This document shows, in pieces, positions 48,804 to 57,228 of a DNA stretch of 64,000 nucleotides. Position numbers and translations under genes: made by a program. The notes under the pieces were generated by a model. That model ran no database searches. It saw nothing but the letters and a program-made list of their open reading frames with translations, and was not told the origin of the DNA. Origin of the DNA: Candidatus Micrarchaeota archaeon (lineage in GTDB: Archaea > Micrarchaeota > Micrarchaeia > Anstonellales > J096); contig WAMF01000001.1 in NCBI GenBank assembly GCA_015522475.1, positions 36,054 to 100,053 of the forward strand, written 5' to 3'. Each line of letters begins with the position of its first letter. Within the stretch, counting starts at the first letter, position 1.

Positions 48804-49529
48804 TTATAGATAACGCGCTATAATCCTCTCTGTAGATCTTAACTTATCCAATATGTATGCTACAGTAATCGGATATAGGACAAATACAGAGAGGAGGTCT
48901 ACAAGAGGTATAAGGAACGTCAAGCCCACAATGAGGTAAAGGAAGAAAGGCACAAGAAGAGAAATCTCCTTAACAGAAACGACAATGCTCGCCTTAATAC
49001 TAGAGATGGGTTTGGCTGTATCCACAAGAGCCAGAATGAAAGGGGAATAAAAGAGAAGATAATCAATTATAAGAAGGAAAAGCGTGGCTGAAACACCAAT
49101 GACAGTCCCGACAAGAAGAGAATTTGCCGCAAAACGAAGGTACAAAAAGGCCGAAACGCCAACGATTATACCATTTACTATGCCAATTATAAGGGAAACA
49201 ATGAAGTACCTTAAAGCAGAAGATAAACTGTACGTCACATATTCTTCGGTAGCGAAGCGGCCTCTAGTAAAGTGAGCTGTATATATTCCCTTCAAGAGCC
49301 CACCAAAAAAGCCACTCTCGAGATAGAAGTAAAGCAGGCCTACAAGCCCTAGCAAAATGTATTTCCATTGCGCTATACCAAACACGTCTAAGAATAAATA
49401 GAGACTTGTGTAAATGAACACCATAAGAAAGAATGCAAGCACAGACACAAAAAGAAACGCTAGCAAGGGAAATATGAATCTCAAGGGCTTATCTATAACG
49501 GCATTATAGGCTGCTTTTAAACTTGCCAT
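48804..49529 (-). CDS. polytopic membrane protein of unknown function
   Basis: ~6 TM helices; adjacent and co-oriented with the pilin-like genes. Confidence 0.45.
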   Translation of the reverse strand: MASLKAAYNAVIDKPLRFIFPLLAFLFVSVLAFFLMVFIYTSLYLFLDVFGIAQWKYILLGLVGLLYFYLESGFFGGLLKGIYTAHFTRGRFATEEYVTYSLSSALRYFIVSLIIGIVNGIIVGVSAFLYLRFAANSLLVGTVIGVSATLFLLIIDYLLFYSPFILALVDTAKPISSIKASIVVSVKEISLLVPFFLYLIVGLTFLIPLVDLLSVFVLYPITVAYILDKLRSTERIIARYL

Positions 49530-49632
49530 GGTATGACATCTCTTCCGTGGTATTTAAAAAGCTAATTGAAGCCCAAAATTAAAAAAGGAATTAAAAAAGA
49601 GGTTAAGGGTAAGGGGTAACTAAAACATAGAA

Positions 49633-50298
49633 TTACTCCTCTATCTCCAGCCTCTCAAAGTAAGAAATAGGCACTTTGAACTCGTCGTAGCCCTTTATGC
49701 CGCCGTGTTTTAGCATAAGCTCTCTAGCCAGAAGCCAAAAGAAAAGGGCTAAACTCTTCCTACCTTTGTTATTCATAGAAACGACGTGGTCTATGCCTTT
49801 TGTCATATTGTCTGTATCAACAAGACCAACAACAGGAATCTTGGTATAGTTGGCTTCTCTTATAGCTTCTTTCTCTGTCCTAGGGTCACATACAATAACA
49901 ACGCTAGGCTCTCTAAAGTGCTTACTTTCAGGATTTGTGAACGTGCCCGGAATAAACCTATCTGTAATTATATCTATGTCCTTGAAGAACTTCTTCAGTT
50001 TCTTCGCGGCATTTTGGGCGTAGGCCCTCGTCGCAACAATTGTTATGTCCTTGTTATCGAAGTTTTTTAGGAATTGGAGTGCTTCCCTCATATGCTCGTC
50101 TATAGCATGAATATCAAGTATGTATATGCCATCCTTCCTCTTTTTATAGATAAATTCTGCAGTGTCGCCATTCTTTAACTTCGTTCCAATATGTATGCCT
50201 GCTTCTAAATAACGCTCCACGGGCACAAGAAAACCTGCTGTTGCATTCTCTTCTGCGTTATTTTTAGTTTCCATTTCCTCTTTTGCCTCATCAACCAT
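49633..50298 (-). CDS. rps2: 30S ribosomal protein S2
   Basis: VERYLEAGIHIGTK...VVIVCDPRTEKEAIREANYTKIPVVGLVDTD uS2 core; start set to Met at 50298 because the upstream extension of the ORF runs through a tRNA-like element. Confidence 0.85.
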   Translation of the reverse strand: MVDEAKEEMETKNNAEENATAGFLVPVERYLEAGIHIGTKLKNGDTAEFIYKKRKDGIYILDIHAIDEHMREALQFLKNFDNKDITIVATRAYAQNAAKKLKKFFKDIDIITDRFIPGTFTNPESKHFREPSVVIVCDPRTEKEAIREANYTKIPVVGLVDTDNMTKGIDHVVSMNNKGRKSLALFFWLLARELMLKHGGIKGYDEFKVPISYFERLEIEE

Positions 50299-50337
50299 AT
50301 TCTCACCCAATTTTGATTCCTCGCCAGTGAAAAGTGA

Positions 50338-50440
50338 TGGGGCCGCCGAGAGTTTCAGGGCCAAGCACAAAGCAAAGCCCTTTTGAACTCGGGTTACGGG
50401 CACCCCAAGCCCGCAGGCTCCCAGGCTACCCCACGGCCCC
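50338..50440 (-). tRNA. candidate tRNA-Pro (anticodon GGG) with ~30-nt insertion in the T-loop (non-canonical intron)
   Basis: Minus strand: acceptor GGGGCCG/CGGCCCC+A73, D-arm GGGT-AGCCTGGGA-GCCT, anticodon stem CGGGC/GCCCG with loop TTGGGGT (U33, G37), T-stem CCGAG/CTCGG, T-loop TTCAAA followed by AGGGCTTTGCTTTGTGCTTGGCCCTGAAACT inserted before the 3' T-stem strand. Confidence 0.5.
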
Positions 50441-50460
50441 ATCGAGCGCGATTGCTAGCC

Positions 50461-50658
50461 TTAATCCCTTCTGTAGGGCAACACCTCTTTGTTAAGCTTT
50501 ACATAGCCCACGAACATACGCCTACAACAGTATCGTTTTATGCCCAGCTCTTCAAACGCCTCTTCGGGTGTCTTACCCTGCTCGAGGAGCTCCTTATAAG
50601 GTTTGAAGAGATGGCCTATAACCTTTCCACATGTAAGACAGCGCATAGGAACTTCCAT
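50461..50658 (-). CDS. rpoN: DNA-directed RNA polymerase subunit N (Rpo10)
   Basis: MEVPMRCLTCGKVIG...GIKRYCCRRMFVGYV matches the Rpo10 zinc-bundle; start at internal Met. Confidence 0.8.
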   Translation of the reverse strand: MEVPMRCLTCGKVIGHLFKPYKELLEQGKTPEEAFEELGIKRYCCRRMFVGYVKLNKEVLPYRRD

Positions 50659-50662
50659 TGTA

Positions 50663-51280
50663 TCACCTATAACTCTTCTGGAACCTAGCCCTAGCCTTTC
50701 TGCCCTTGTACTTCTTGGGCTCAACTCTTCTAGAATCTTCAACTACGAGGTATTTATCTGTCTCATAGAGGCGATCCCAAAGCTTTTCGTCTCTCAAATA
50801 TTCAACAAGACCTACACTTATAGCTCGTCTTATTGCCTGGATTTGGCCCATAACACCTCCACCACTCACCTTAATCTTTATATCGACATTGCTTGGATCG
50901 ACACCTATAATTTCAAGAGGCTCTAGAAGAAGTTGTCGCAAGTACTCATTCTGGAATGTGTCAACGCTCTTGCCGTTTATTATGAATCGGCCTTTGCTAT
51001 TTTTATTCTCTTTGATGCTTGCACGAGCTATAGCTTCCTTTCGTTTGCCTCTTGCAAGTACAACCCTGCTGCGCTTTGTATGCTTGGTCCTCTTGGTTTT
51101 ATGTGCAGTGGTCTTGGCCTTTGCTCTGGGAGAACTTCTAGCTTTGCTGGATGAACCTTTTGATGAAGACGTGGACCTTCGTGTTGTTTTAGGCTTCTTT
51201 GGCTTCTCTGTTTTAGCCTCTACTTTCTTACCAGTAGCTCTCTCTTCGCTACCGGCCTTTTCAGATTTCTCAACCATCAT
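50663..51280 (-). CDS. rps9: 30S ribosomal protein S9 with Lys/Ser-rich N-terminal extension
   Basis: GGGVMGQIQAIRRAISVGLV and C-terminal KKYKGRKARARFQKSYR uS9 signatures. Confidence 0.85.
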   Translation of the reverse strand: MMVEKSEKAGSEERATGKKVEAKTEKPKKPKTTRRSTSSSKGSSSKARSSPRAKAKTTAHKTKRTKHTKRSRVVLARGKRKEAIARASIKENKNSKGRFIINGKSVDTFQNEYLRQLLLEPLEIIGVDPSNVDIKIKVSGGGVMGQIQAIRRAISVGLVEYLRDEKLWDRLYETDKYLVVEDSRRVEPKKYKGRKARARFQKSYR

Positions 51281-51294
51281 ATCCCTCCTCTAAT

Positions 51295-51864
51295 TTATGA
51301 ACTAGGTTTTACGCCTGCAGCGCTTGTGGCCTTGTTTCCCTTCCAGCCCAAGTGCTTGCAGAGCTCACCCAACGTCATGAAACGTTCTATACTTTCAGAA
51401 GGCTTTGCTTCTTTAAGCGACTCACCAGGTTCTCTAAGTGGGTTGCCTACATACACCCTCAAGCGCTTAAAGGCAGCTCTCCCTACTGCTTTCTTTCTAG
51501 GAAGCATACCTCTTATTAAACGTCGTAAGAAGAGGTTGGGTACCTTTGGCCACTTAGGGCTTTTCTCAGGGTTCTGCTTACTCTTGAGATTGCGGCATTG
51601 TATGTACTTTTCTACGAGCCTTTTAGGGTTTCCAGAAAAGATAGCCTTCTCTGCATTAACGACGCGAACGCGCTTGCCATTGAGAAGTATCTTGGCAACT
51701 TTGGATGCCAGCCTTCCGGCAATGGCCTCGTTCGCATCAATAACGACTTCCTCTCCGGCCTTTTCAGCGGCAGCGCGCTTGCCTTTGGAATGAACATGAA
51801 CAGGTATAACCTTCTTGGTTTTCTCACTCTCCTTTTTCTCCATTTTACCTTTTCCAGTTGCCAT
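51295..51864 (-). CDS. rpl13: 50S ribosomal protein L13
   Basis: VVIDANEAIAGRLASKVAKILLNGKRVRVVNAEKAIFSG matches the uL13 N-terminal core. Confidence 0.8.
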   Translation of the reverse strand: MATGKGKMEKKESEKTKKVIPVHVHSKGKRAAAEKAGEEVVIDANEAIAGRLASKVAKILLNGKRVRVVNAEKAIFSGNPKRLVEKYIQCRNLKSKQNPEKSPKWPKVPNLFLRRLIRGMLPRKKAVGRAAFKRLRVYVGNPLREPGESLKEAKPSESIERFMTLGELCKHLGWKGNKATSAAGVKPSS

Positions 51865-51874
51865 ACTTTCACCT

Positions 51875-52225
51875 CTAGATGAGGAGAATAATATCCTTCA
51901 GATCCTTAAGCTCATTGTAGGCATCTTCAAGCCTAAGGGCTCTCCCACCTGTCTTCTTTATGTTGTCTTTGGCACTCTCGCTAAATGCAAACGCCGCTAC
52001 AATGACTGTTTTAGTAAGCTCGCCATTGCCTAGCACTTTACCAGGCACAATGACTGTGGCACCATCCTTAGCATACTTATCAATCTTTGACAGGTTGATT
52101 GCCACGCGTTGCCTTTTGGGCTTAGCCAACAGCTCAGCTACACGCCTCCAAAAAGCCCGCTTGTCTTTGGAGAGCTCATCCACTAACTGCACTAAACGCT
52201 TATTTTCTGGTCTAGCCTTCATCAT
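51875..52225 (-). CDS. rpl18e: 50S ribosomal protein L18e
   Basis: 116 aa; NKRLVQLVDELSK...PKRQRVAINLSKI...ATVIVPGKVLG pattern; position upstream of rpl13. Confidence 0.75.
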   Translation of the reverse strand: MMKARPENKRLVQLVDELSKDKRAFWRRVAELLAKPKRQRVAINLSKIDKYAKDGATVIVPGKVLGNGELTKTVIVAAFAFSESAKDNIKKTGGRALRLEDAYNELKDLKDIILLI

Positions 52226-52404
52226 ATCACCACACGCTTGCGCTTGCCCTGCTTAGCAGGACTCCTCTCCCTTGGGAACAGAAGGCCTTAAAAAGGTAGA
52301 GGTTGGCTAGCTTCCGAAATCAAACAGTAATTGTACCTTCCAAGCACAACCAAAAAGAAAGGAAATGAAAGATAAAAAACAAAACCAAGATAGAGCAGCC
52401 CAAT

Positions 52405-52713
52405 TTAGAACAAGCTCTTTATGATGGGCTTAGCTACGAGCCATATAATGGCACTGATTATAGCTCCTATCAACAGATTCTGAGCCCATACCTTTGCTCT
52501 AGCTCCTGTCTCAGCCCCGAGCATATTACCAGCTGCATAAGCTATAGCTGCTAGAGCAACGAGCACAACTGTAAGGCTGGCGAAGAGGCTGGTTACGAAG
52601 TCCACCAAGCTACTCATTGCTCCAACGATATTTTGTGTTGTTATCGCAGCCATAGCTAGAGGGCTCAGAAGAGCAAGGGTTAGCAAAACTACGCCGATTT
52701 TCTTAGTATCCAT
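52405..52713 (-). CDS. small secreted/membrane protein (signal peptide + two TM helices)
   Basis: 102 aa, Ala/Leu-rich; topology reminiscent of VirB2/TrbC-like or pilin-like subunits, but no sequence motif. Confidence 0.35.
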   Translation of the reverse strand: MDTKKIGVVLLTLALLSPLAMAAITTQNIVGAMSSLVDFVTSLFASLTVVLVALAAIAYAAGNMLGAETGARAKVWAQNLLIGAIISAIIWLVAKPIIKSLF

Positions 52714-52775
52714 GGATTCACCTCGAAGGAGATGGAAAGGAAAAGCTTAAAAATGGTTAACATGGTGTTTAAGGC

Positions 52776-54503
52776 ATGATGCTTATCAACAAAAATAACG
52801 AAAAACGCCTCCTCCTGCTCTCTGCTCTTCTTTTTGCAACAATCCGCCTGTTTTTTCCTCTCTATTTTGTTACGCCGGACACATACACATATATGTGTTC
52901 GTCTTTGCACCTCGGAGATGAACACATCTCTCTGAAACACCGCTTTAACTTATATGTGTGGCTTAATCATACATTAGTAACTTTATTTGGCACAGGTGCT
53001 GGTAGAGGTGCGATCGTTAAAAAAGTTGCGCTGGCTTTCAAAGGGCTACAAATAAGCGTGGCCATATTTCTCGGGCTCGCATTTGTGTTTATGTATTATA
53101 TCATTAGAGAGCTGAATGTCAAACCCGGAACAGCTCTTATGCTAAGCTTTGCACTTATGATATTACCGCCCATGAACCTTACAACAAACCTTATTGAAGA
53201 AGCAATGGCACTGCCTTTGGCTATATGGTTTTTGCTGGCATTTTTGCGAAGGGAAAAAGCTTTTGTATTCATGCTTGGCCTCCTGCTTGTCATGACAAAA
53301 TTAACGACGCTGGGTTTGGTCTTGTCTGCTTATGCTCTCCTTGCATTAGAGGTTGTAAAAGGCAAACGCAGTTTGTTAGGCAGATGGTTGAAAGGAAAAT
53401 TCTTCGGCAGGGCACACTCAACTCCTAGCCTTTCTTATTGGGTCTTAACTGCTAGTTTGTTCCTACTTGGCTGTCTCGCCGCTGTAGCGGCTGTAAACCC
53501 TTTAAGGTTATTCCCGCTCATAACAAGCTTTCCACTAAAAGCCTGGGCTCTCCAAATTGTAGGTTTCCTTTTATACATAACGCTTCTCACCTCGGGCTTT
53601 AACATCCCAAATGTACGAGAGGTATTCAATGAAAGGATGTCTGCTGCCCACTTCTCATTGACTACAACCAGCGTGCAAAGAGATCGTCTCCTTGTTTTGG
53701 GCATAGGAGCGCTAGCTTTCATGCTGCCAGTATACTTAGTCCGCATCCCTTACCCTGAATTCATCACAGTAGGCATATACAGTCGTTATTTAGACCTAGC
53801 AGCTTTGCCCCTCTATGTCTTAGGCTACTCACGATTGCCGTCTAAGAAGAGTTTTGTTTTGTTCCTTATAGCAGGTTTTTTAGCTGGCATGGGCCTTATG
53901 AATTTTGACCCCTCTGCAGCCCCAGTTATTTTAGAAGTACTGCCTTTTAGCTCCTTTCTCCCTGCGGTTGTAGCGCTCTGGCTCCTCCTCAGCACATACA
54001 AGTTAAAGAGCAACGCACTACTCCGACTGACACAGGCCGCTATAGTTGCAGCTCTGCTCATCCCATTCAACCCGCTCATCGAAGTGCATCACACAAGCAT
54101 AGGTGTAGCCTCGTCTAAAGACTTGGCTTACGCATGCCACCTGCTTGGTTATAATGTTTCTGCAGCTTCTCTGACTACAATCCACCCCTCCCTCAATACG
54201 CTCGCCCAAAGCAATACAGCACTAGGCAAAACGGGTATTATGGCCGCGGATAATCTGCGCGTTGTAGAAACAAAGCGTCTCGTGCCCATCAATGCGACAG
54301 TCGTGAACATCTGCTTGTTTAGAAAGCTATGGATAAAGGTCGATAACAAAAAGATATGGCTAGAGCCGCGTGAAAAGCTTCCTTTGAAGAATGTAAAGCC
54401 CATCAATGTTACGTTTGAGCTCATCCCACCAATAACGTGCAATCCTCTTGTGCCATATGTGGGGAGAGTGGGTGCGGCAGTCGTGGCAAATAACGGCAAC
54501 TAA
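52776..54503 (+). CDS. polytopic membrane protein, possibly GT-C-fold glycosyltransferase-like
   Basis: 575 aa with ~11-13 TM helices and a C-terminal soluble domain; family not assignable by eye. Confidence 0.35.
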   Translation: MMLINKNNEKRLLLLSALLFATIRLFFPLYFVTPDTYTYMCSSLHLGDEHISLKHRFNLYVWLNHTLVTLFGTGAGRGAIVKKVALAFKGLQISVAIFLGLAFVFMYYIIRELNVKPGTALMLSFALMILPPMNLTTNLIEEAMALPLAIWFLLAFLRREKAFVFMLGLLLVMTKLTTLGLVLSAYALLALEVVKGKRSLLGRWLKGKFFGRAHSTPSLSYWVLTASLFLLGCLAAVAAVNPLRLFPLITSFPLKAWALQIVGFLLYITLLTSGFNIPNVREVFNERMSAAHFSLTTTSVQRDRLLVLGIGALAFMLPVYLVRIPYPEFITVGIYSRYLDLAALPLYVLGYSRLPSKKSFVLFLIAGFLAGMGLMNFDPSAAPVILEVLPFSSFLPAVVALWLLLSTYKLKSNALLRLTQAAIVAALLIPFNPLIEVHHTSIGVASSKDLAYACHLLGYNVSAASLTTIHPSLNTLAQSNTALGKTGIMAADNLRVVETKRLVPINATVVNICLFRKLWIKVDNKKIWLEPREKLPLKNVKPINVTFELIPPITCNPLVPYVGRVGAAVVANNGN

Positions 54504-54540
54504 ACGAAAAGTAGGGTTCAGGAATAAAAAATAAAGAGAA

Positions 54541-54614
54541 CGCCCCCGCCGGGATTTGAACCCGGGCCATGGGATCCGCAGTCCCACATTCTATCCAAGC
54601 TGAACTACGGGGGC
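54541..54614 (-). tRNA. tRNA-Arg (anticodon GCG)
   Basis: Minus strand: acceptor GCCCCCG/CGGGGGC, anticodon stem TGGGA/TCCCA with loop CTGCGGA, T-arm CCGGG-TTCAAAT-CCCGG, G73. Confidence 0.8.
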
Positions 54615-54776
54615 AACATATAAGGGCGGAGAAACATTAATAAGACTAGAGGCCGCTAGATGAAAATTGCAGCCAGTTTGAGCTAAAGTTGGGTTTTAGG
54701 AGGAAGAAATAGAGTGGTGTAGAGAAGAGAGAAGTGAAAAAGGGATGATTAAACCAAAAAGATTAAATTATTACCC

Positions 54777-55355
54777 CTAGTTGTCCTTAGGGGGTTGAGA
54801 TTGAGAAGTGCCATTTCGGTTGTTGTTTTGGTTGTTGTCTTGGGCGTTCGGATTGTTAAACCTTCCTTCTTTTGCCAGCTCTCCTTTTAGCCTGCTGTAC
54901 TCGTTTAAAAACATCTCTGCCATATGAGCATCTACATCGTGAATTACTATTTCATAACCCATAGAACCGCCGGTGTTTATTTTAAGTGTCGTCGTGTTGA
55001 CAAGCCTATCTAATATGCTTTGCTCAGAGGCAGTATCCGTCACTTCAAAAACGCCCGCCCTTTTCTTTTGATGCCTAAGGACACCGCTCTCATATACAAT
55101 ATAGCCATCGGGCGTTAAATAAACCTTCGTCGTGAGATAGTGCAACTCAGAGTCTGCAAGCACATACAAGAATACAAGAATGCCCAAGCCCACAAGCGCG
55201 AGCGCATAGGACGCGACGCTACCGAGGAAGCTTGAAGGTACACCGGCAATAAAAAGATAAACACCTAAGACAAAGAAGAAGAGCGCTATTAATAGAGCTA
55301 TGCCATGTCGTCTTAAGATATAACCCCTATGCGAAGGGCGAATCATGCGTTCCAT
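54777..55355 (-). CDS. membrane-anchored bPH (DUF304-like) domain protein with Asn/Gln-rich tail
   Basis: Two TM helices then a PH-like domain (LHYLTTKVYLTPDGYIVYESG...); third paralog of this architecture in the window. Confidence 0.5.
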   Translation of the reverse strand: MERMIRPSHRGYILRRHGIALLIALFFFVLGVYLFIAGVPSSFLGSVASYALALVGLGILVFLYVLADSELHYLTTKVYLTPDGYIVYESGVLRHQKKRAGVFEVTDTASEQSILDRLVNTTTLKINTGGSMGYEIVIHDVDAHMAEMFLNEYSRLKGELAKEGRFNNPNAQDNNQNNNRNGTSQSQPPKDN

Positions 55356-55381
55356 GCTAAAAAAATAAAGGAAAAGGCTTA

Positions 55382-55678
55382 TTAAGCCTCCTTCTTTAAA
55401 ATGGTGATTTCGATGGCTGAAACCCTGCTTACCTTGCCATCCTCGCCAGTCAATTCCTCGGTGCCTATCTTAACATCCTTCACCACAGCCTCTGGCAAAT
55501 ACCTGTTCCTCAGCACTTCGGCCACTGTGATGGCTTTCGCTGTCAGTTTACCTCTTGCCTTTATAATAACTTCTTTGGCACCGTTGTTGTTGAACTGCGT
55601 CAATGCAGCCAACACGTAGCCCATGGCGGGCTTTTTCCCTATGTAGATTACGTTGTCTTCTTTTTTCTCTTCTGCCAT
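55382..55678 (-). CDS. albA: Alba (Sso10b) DNA/RNA-binding protein
   Basis: NVIYIGKKPAMGYVLAALTQF...EVIIKARGKLTAKAITVAEVLRNRYLP is near-consensus Alba. Confidence 0.85.
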   Translation of the reverse strand: MAEEKKEDNVIYIGKKPAMGYVLAALTQFNNNGAKEVIIKARGKLTAKAITVAEVLRNRYLPEAVVKDVKIGTEELTGEDGKVSRVSAIEITILKKEA

Positions 55679-55733
55679 AATTTCACCTCTTAGATGCTTT
55701 ACACTCTAGAACGCTTACCCTCTATAGCATGCC

Positions 55734-56834
55734 ATGGTTTTAAAAAGGTTTATGCTGCATAACGTCTTAATGTCCCCCCAGTTGAATGCCAAGAGGTTAG
55801 GTAGTGTAGCCGGTAAGCTACGTCGTAAAAAGGCTAGCCAAGGCGCTCAACCCATCTTGCTCGAAGAGAAATCTGCCAACCAAATCGTCAACATCATTCT
55901 CTTGGATACACCCATGACTGTCATGACGGCTTTAATGTCTGGACAGCGCGACTTGGATAAAGCGATTATACGAGAAAAAACGGTTAGAGATGTTGCCTTA
56001 ACATACTCGCTGAGCCCATACCAATTCGAGAGCGAACTGTTCAAAAAAATAGCCACGCTCCACTCCAAAGGGGATTCGTGGATTTCAAAAAAGTCCAGAG
56101 AGTTGAGGGCAGAGTTCAGAAAAAAGCACCCTATTTACATAGACAACCTTCAAAAGCTCGGCCCCTCAGACATTGAAGACAAATGGCTCAAAGACGGGAA
56201 AGAAAGCATACGTGCAATCTCAGAAGAATGGGATGGCCTCTACCTATACATAGCCAAAAAAAGCAAGAGTAAAGCTAGCGGAGCTGGCATAGCAGCCCTA
56301 TTCAGAAAGTTCAAAAGCAAGGGCACATGGCTTCTCATTCTAGTCAAGGAAAGCGAAGACAAAAAAAGCAAAATAGATGCAAACACTGTCTTAGAAAAAA
56401 TAAGCAGGCGCTTAAAGGACGCGGACAAGATAGATGAGCTTCATATACGCACTGCCATAAACAACGTTAGTAATGAGTTGGGCGAAGAAGGAAAGAAGGC
56501 AAGTGTAGCAGTCGTGTATAGAAAAGAAGGTGGCGCTTTGATAGTGGGAGCTGGCGAGTTTTATCTAGAGGATAAATTAAAAAGAAGGCCGATTCCTCTG
56601 GCTGGAGAGGAACTAGGTAGTAACTTCCAGAGGATAAGAGGTAAAAAAGGCGCGAAGCACATGAAGCTCGGCGCGCTTAAGGTAGACGTAAAAAAGCTAA
56701 GTGCCCCCTTCTTGCTTTCGACAATGGAAGTCAGCAATGCAAAAAAGCTGAACGTGGAAAAAAAGCTTACAAAGAGCGCCGTAGAAAAGCTGAGAAAAAA
56801 GACAAATTTGGCCTTAGCTAGCATTGACTTGTGA
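55734..56834 (+). CDS. Lys-rich hypothetical protein
   Basis: 366-aa ORF, highly basic, no motifs; true start uncertain. Confidence 0.35.
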   Translation: MVLKRFMLHNVLMSPQLNAKRLGSVAGKLRRKKASQGAQPILLEEKSANQIVNIILLDTPMTVMTALMSGQRDLDKAIIREKTVRDVALTYSLSPYQFESELFKKIATLHSKGDSWISKKSRELRAEFRKKHPIYIDNLQKLGPSDIEDKWLKDGKESIRAISEEWDGLYLYIAKKSKSKASGAGIAALFRKFKSKGTWLLILVKESEDKKSKIDANTVLEKISRRLKDADKIDELHIRTAINNVSNELGEEGKKASVAVVYRKEGGALIVGAGEFYLEDKLKRRPIPLAGEELGSNFQRIRGKKGAKHMKLGALKVDVKKLSAPFLLSTMEVSNAKKLNVEKKLTKSAVEKLRKKTNLALASIDL

Positions 56835-57082
56835 TACGCGTTTATGAATTATAGCTTATGAGCTATCACAATGTGCACCCAACCTCCTGCCTGCATTTTC
56901 TAACTTCCCGCTCTCGCGAAACAACGACAAGCACAAAGCAAAGCCCACAGACGCATTTTTAAGCCCTTCGAGGCACATAAACACTCATCGCTTAGCCGCT
57001 CATCCACAGAGGTGGGCATCGAGATAAAGAAGGGTAAGCAGTAACTTGACCTGATCAGAAAAAATTGGAAGAGAGATCTGTA

Positions 57083-57169
57083 AGCAGGGGTCGCCAAGCC
57101 TGGTCAACGGCGTCAGGTTCAGGGCCTGATCCCTTAGTGGGTTCGTGGGTTCGAATCCCACCCCCTGCA
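57083..57169 (+). tRNA. tRNA-Leu (anticodon CAG)
   Basis: Acceptor GCAGGGG/CCCCTGC+A73, anticodon stem TCAGG/CCTGA with loop TTCAGGG, long variable arm, T-arm GTGGG-TTCGAAT-CCCAC. Confidence 0.85.
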
Positions 57170-57181
57170 CTTCTCTTTTTT
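57170..57181 (+). terminator. oligo-T tract after tRNA-Leu
   Basis: cttctcttttttt directly 3' of the tRNA; archaeal terminators are T-rich. Confidence 0.4.
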
Positions 57182-57228
57182 ACATATTCGCTGTATTCCT
57201 ATCCTATTCAAAAGGCAAGAAGCGATTG

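Noticed and set aside
50299-50442. N-terminal 48-aa extension of the S2 ORF
   Set aside because: The extension is GC-rich, has no S2 homology and coincides exactly with the tRNA-Pro-like structure. The conserved S2 sequence begins at the internal Met (MVDEAKEE), so the gene was shortened to 50298.
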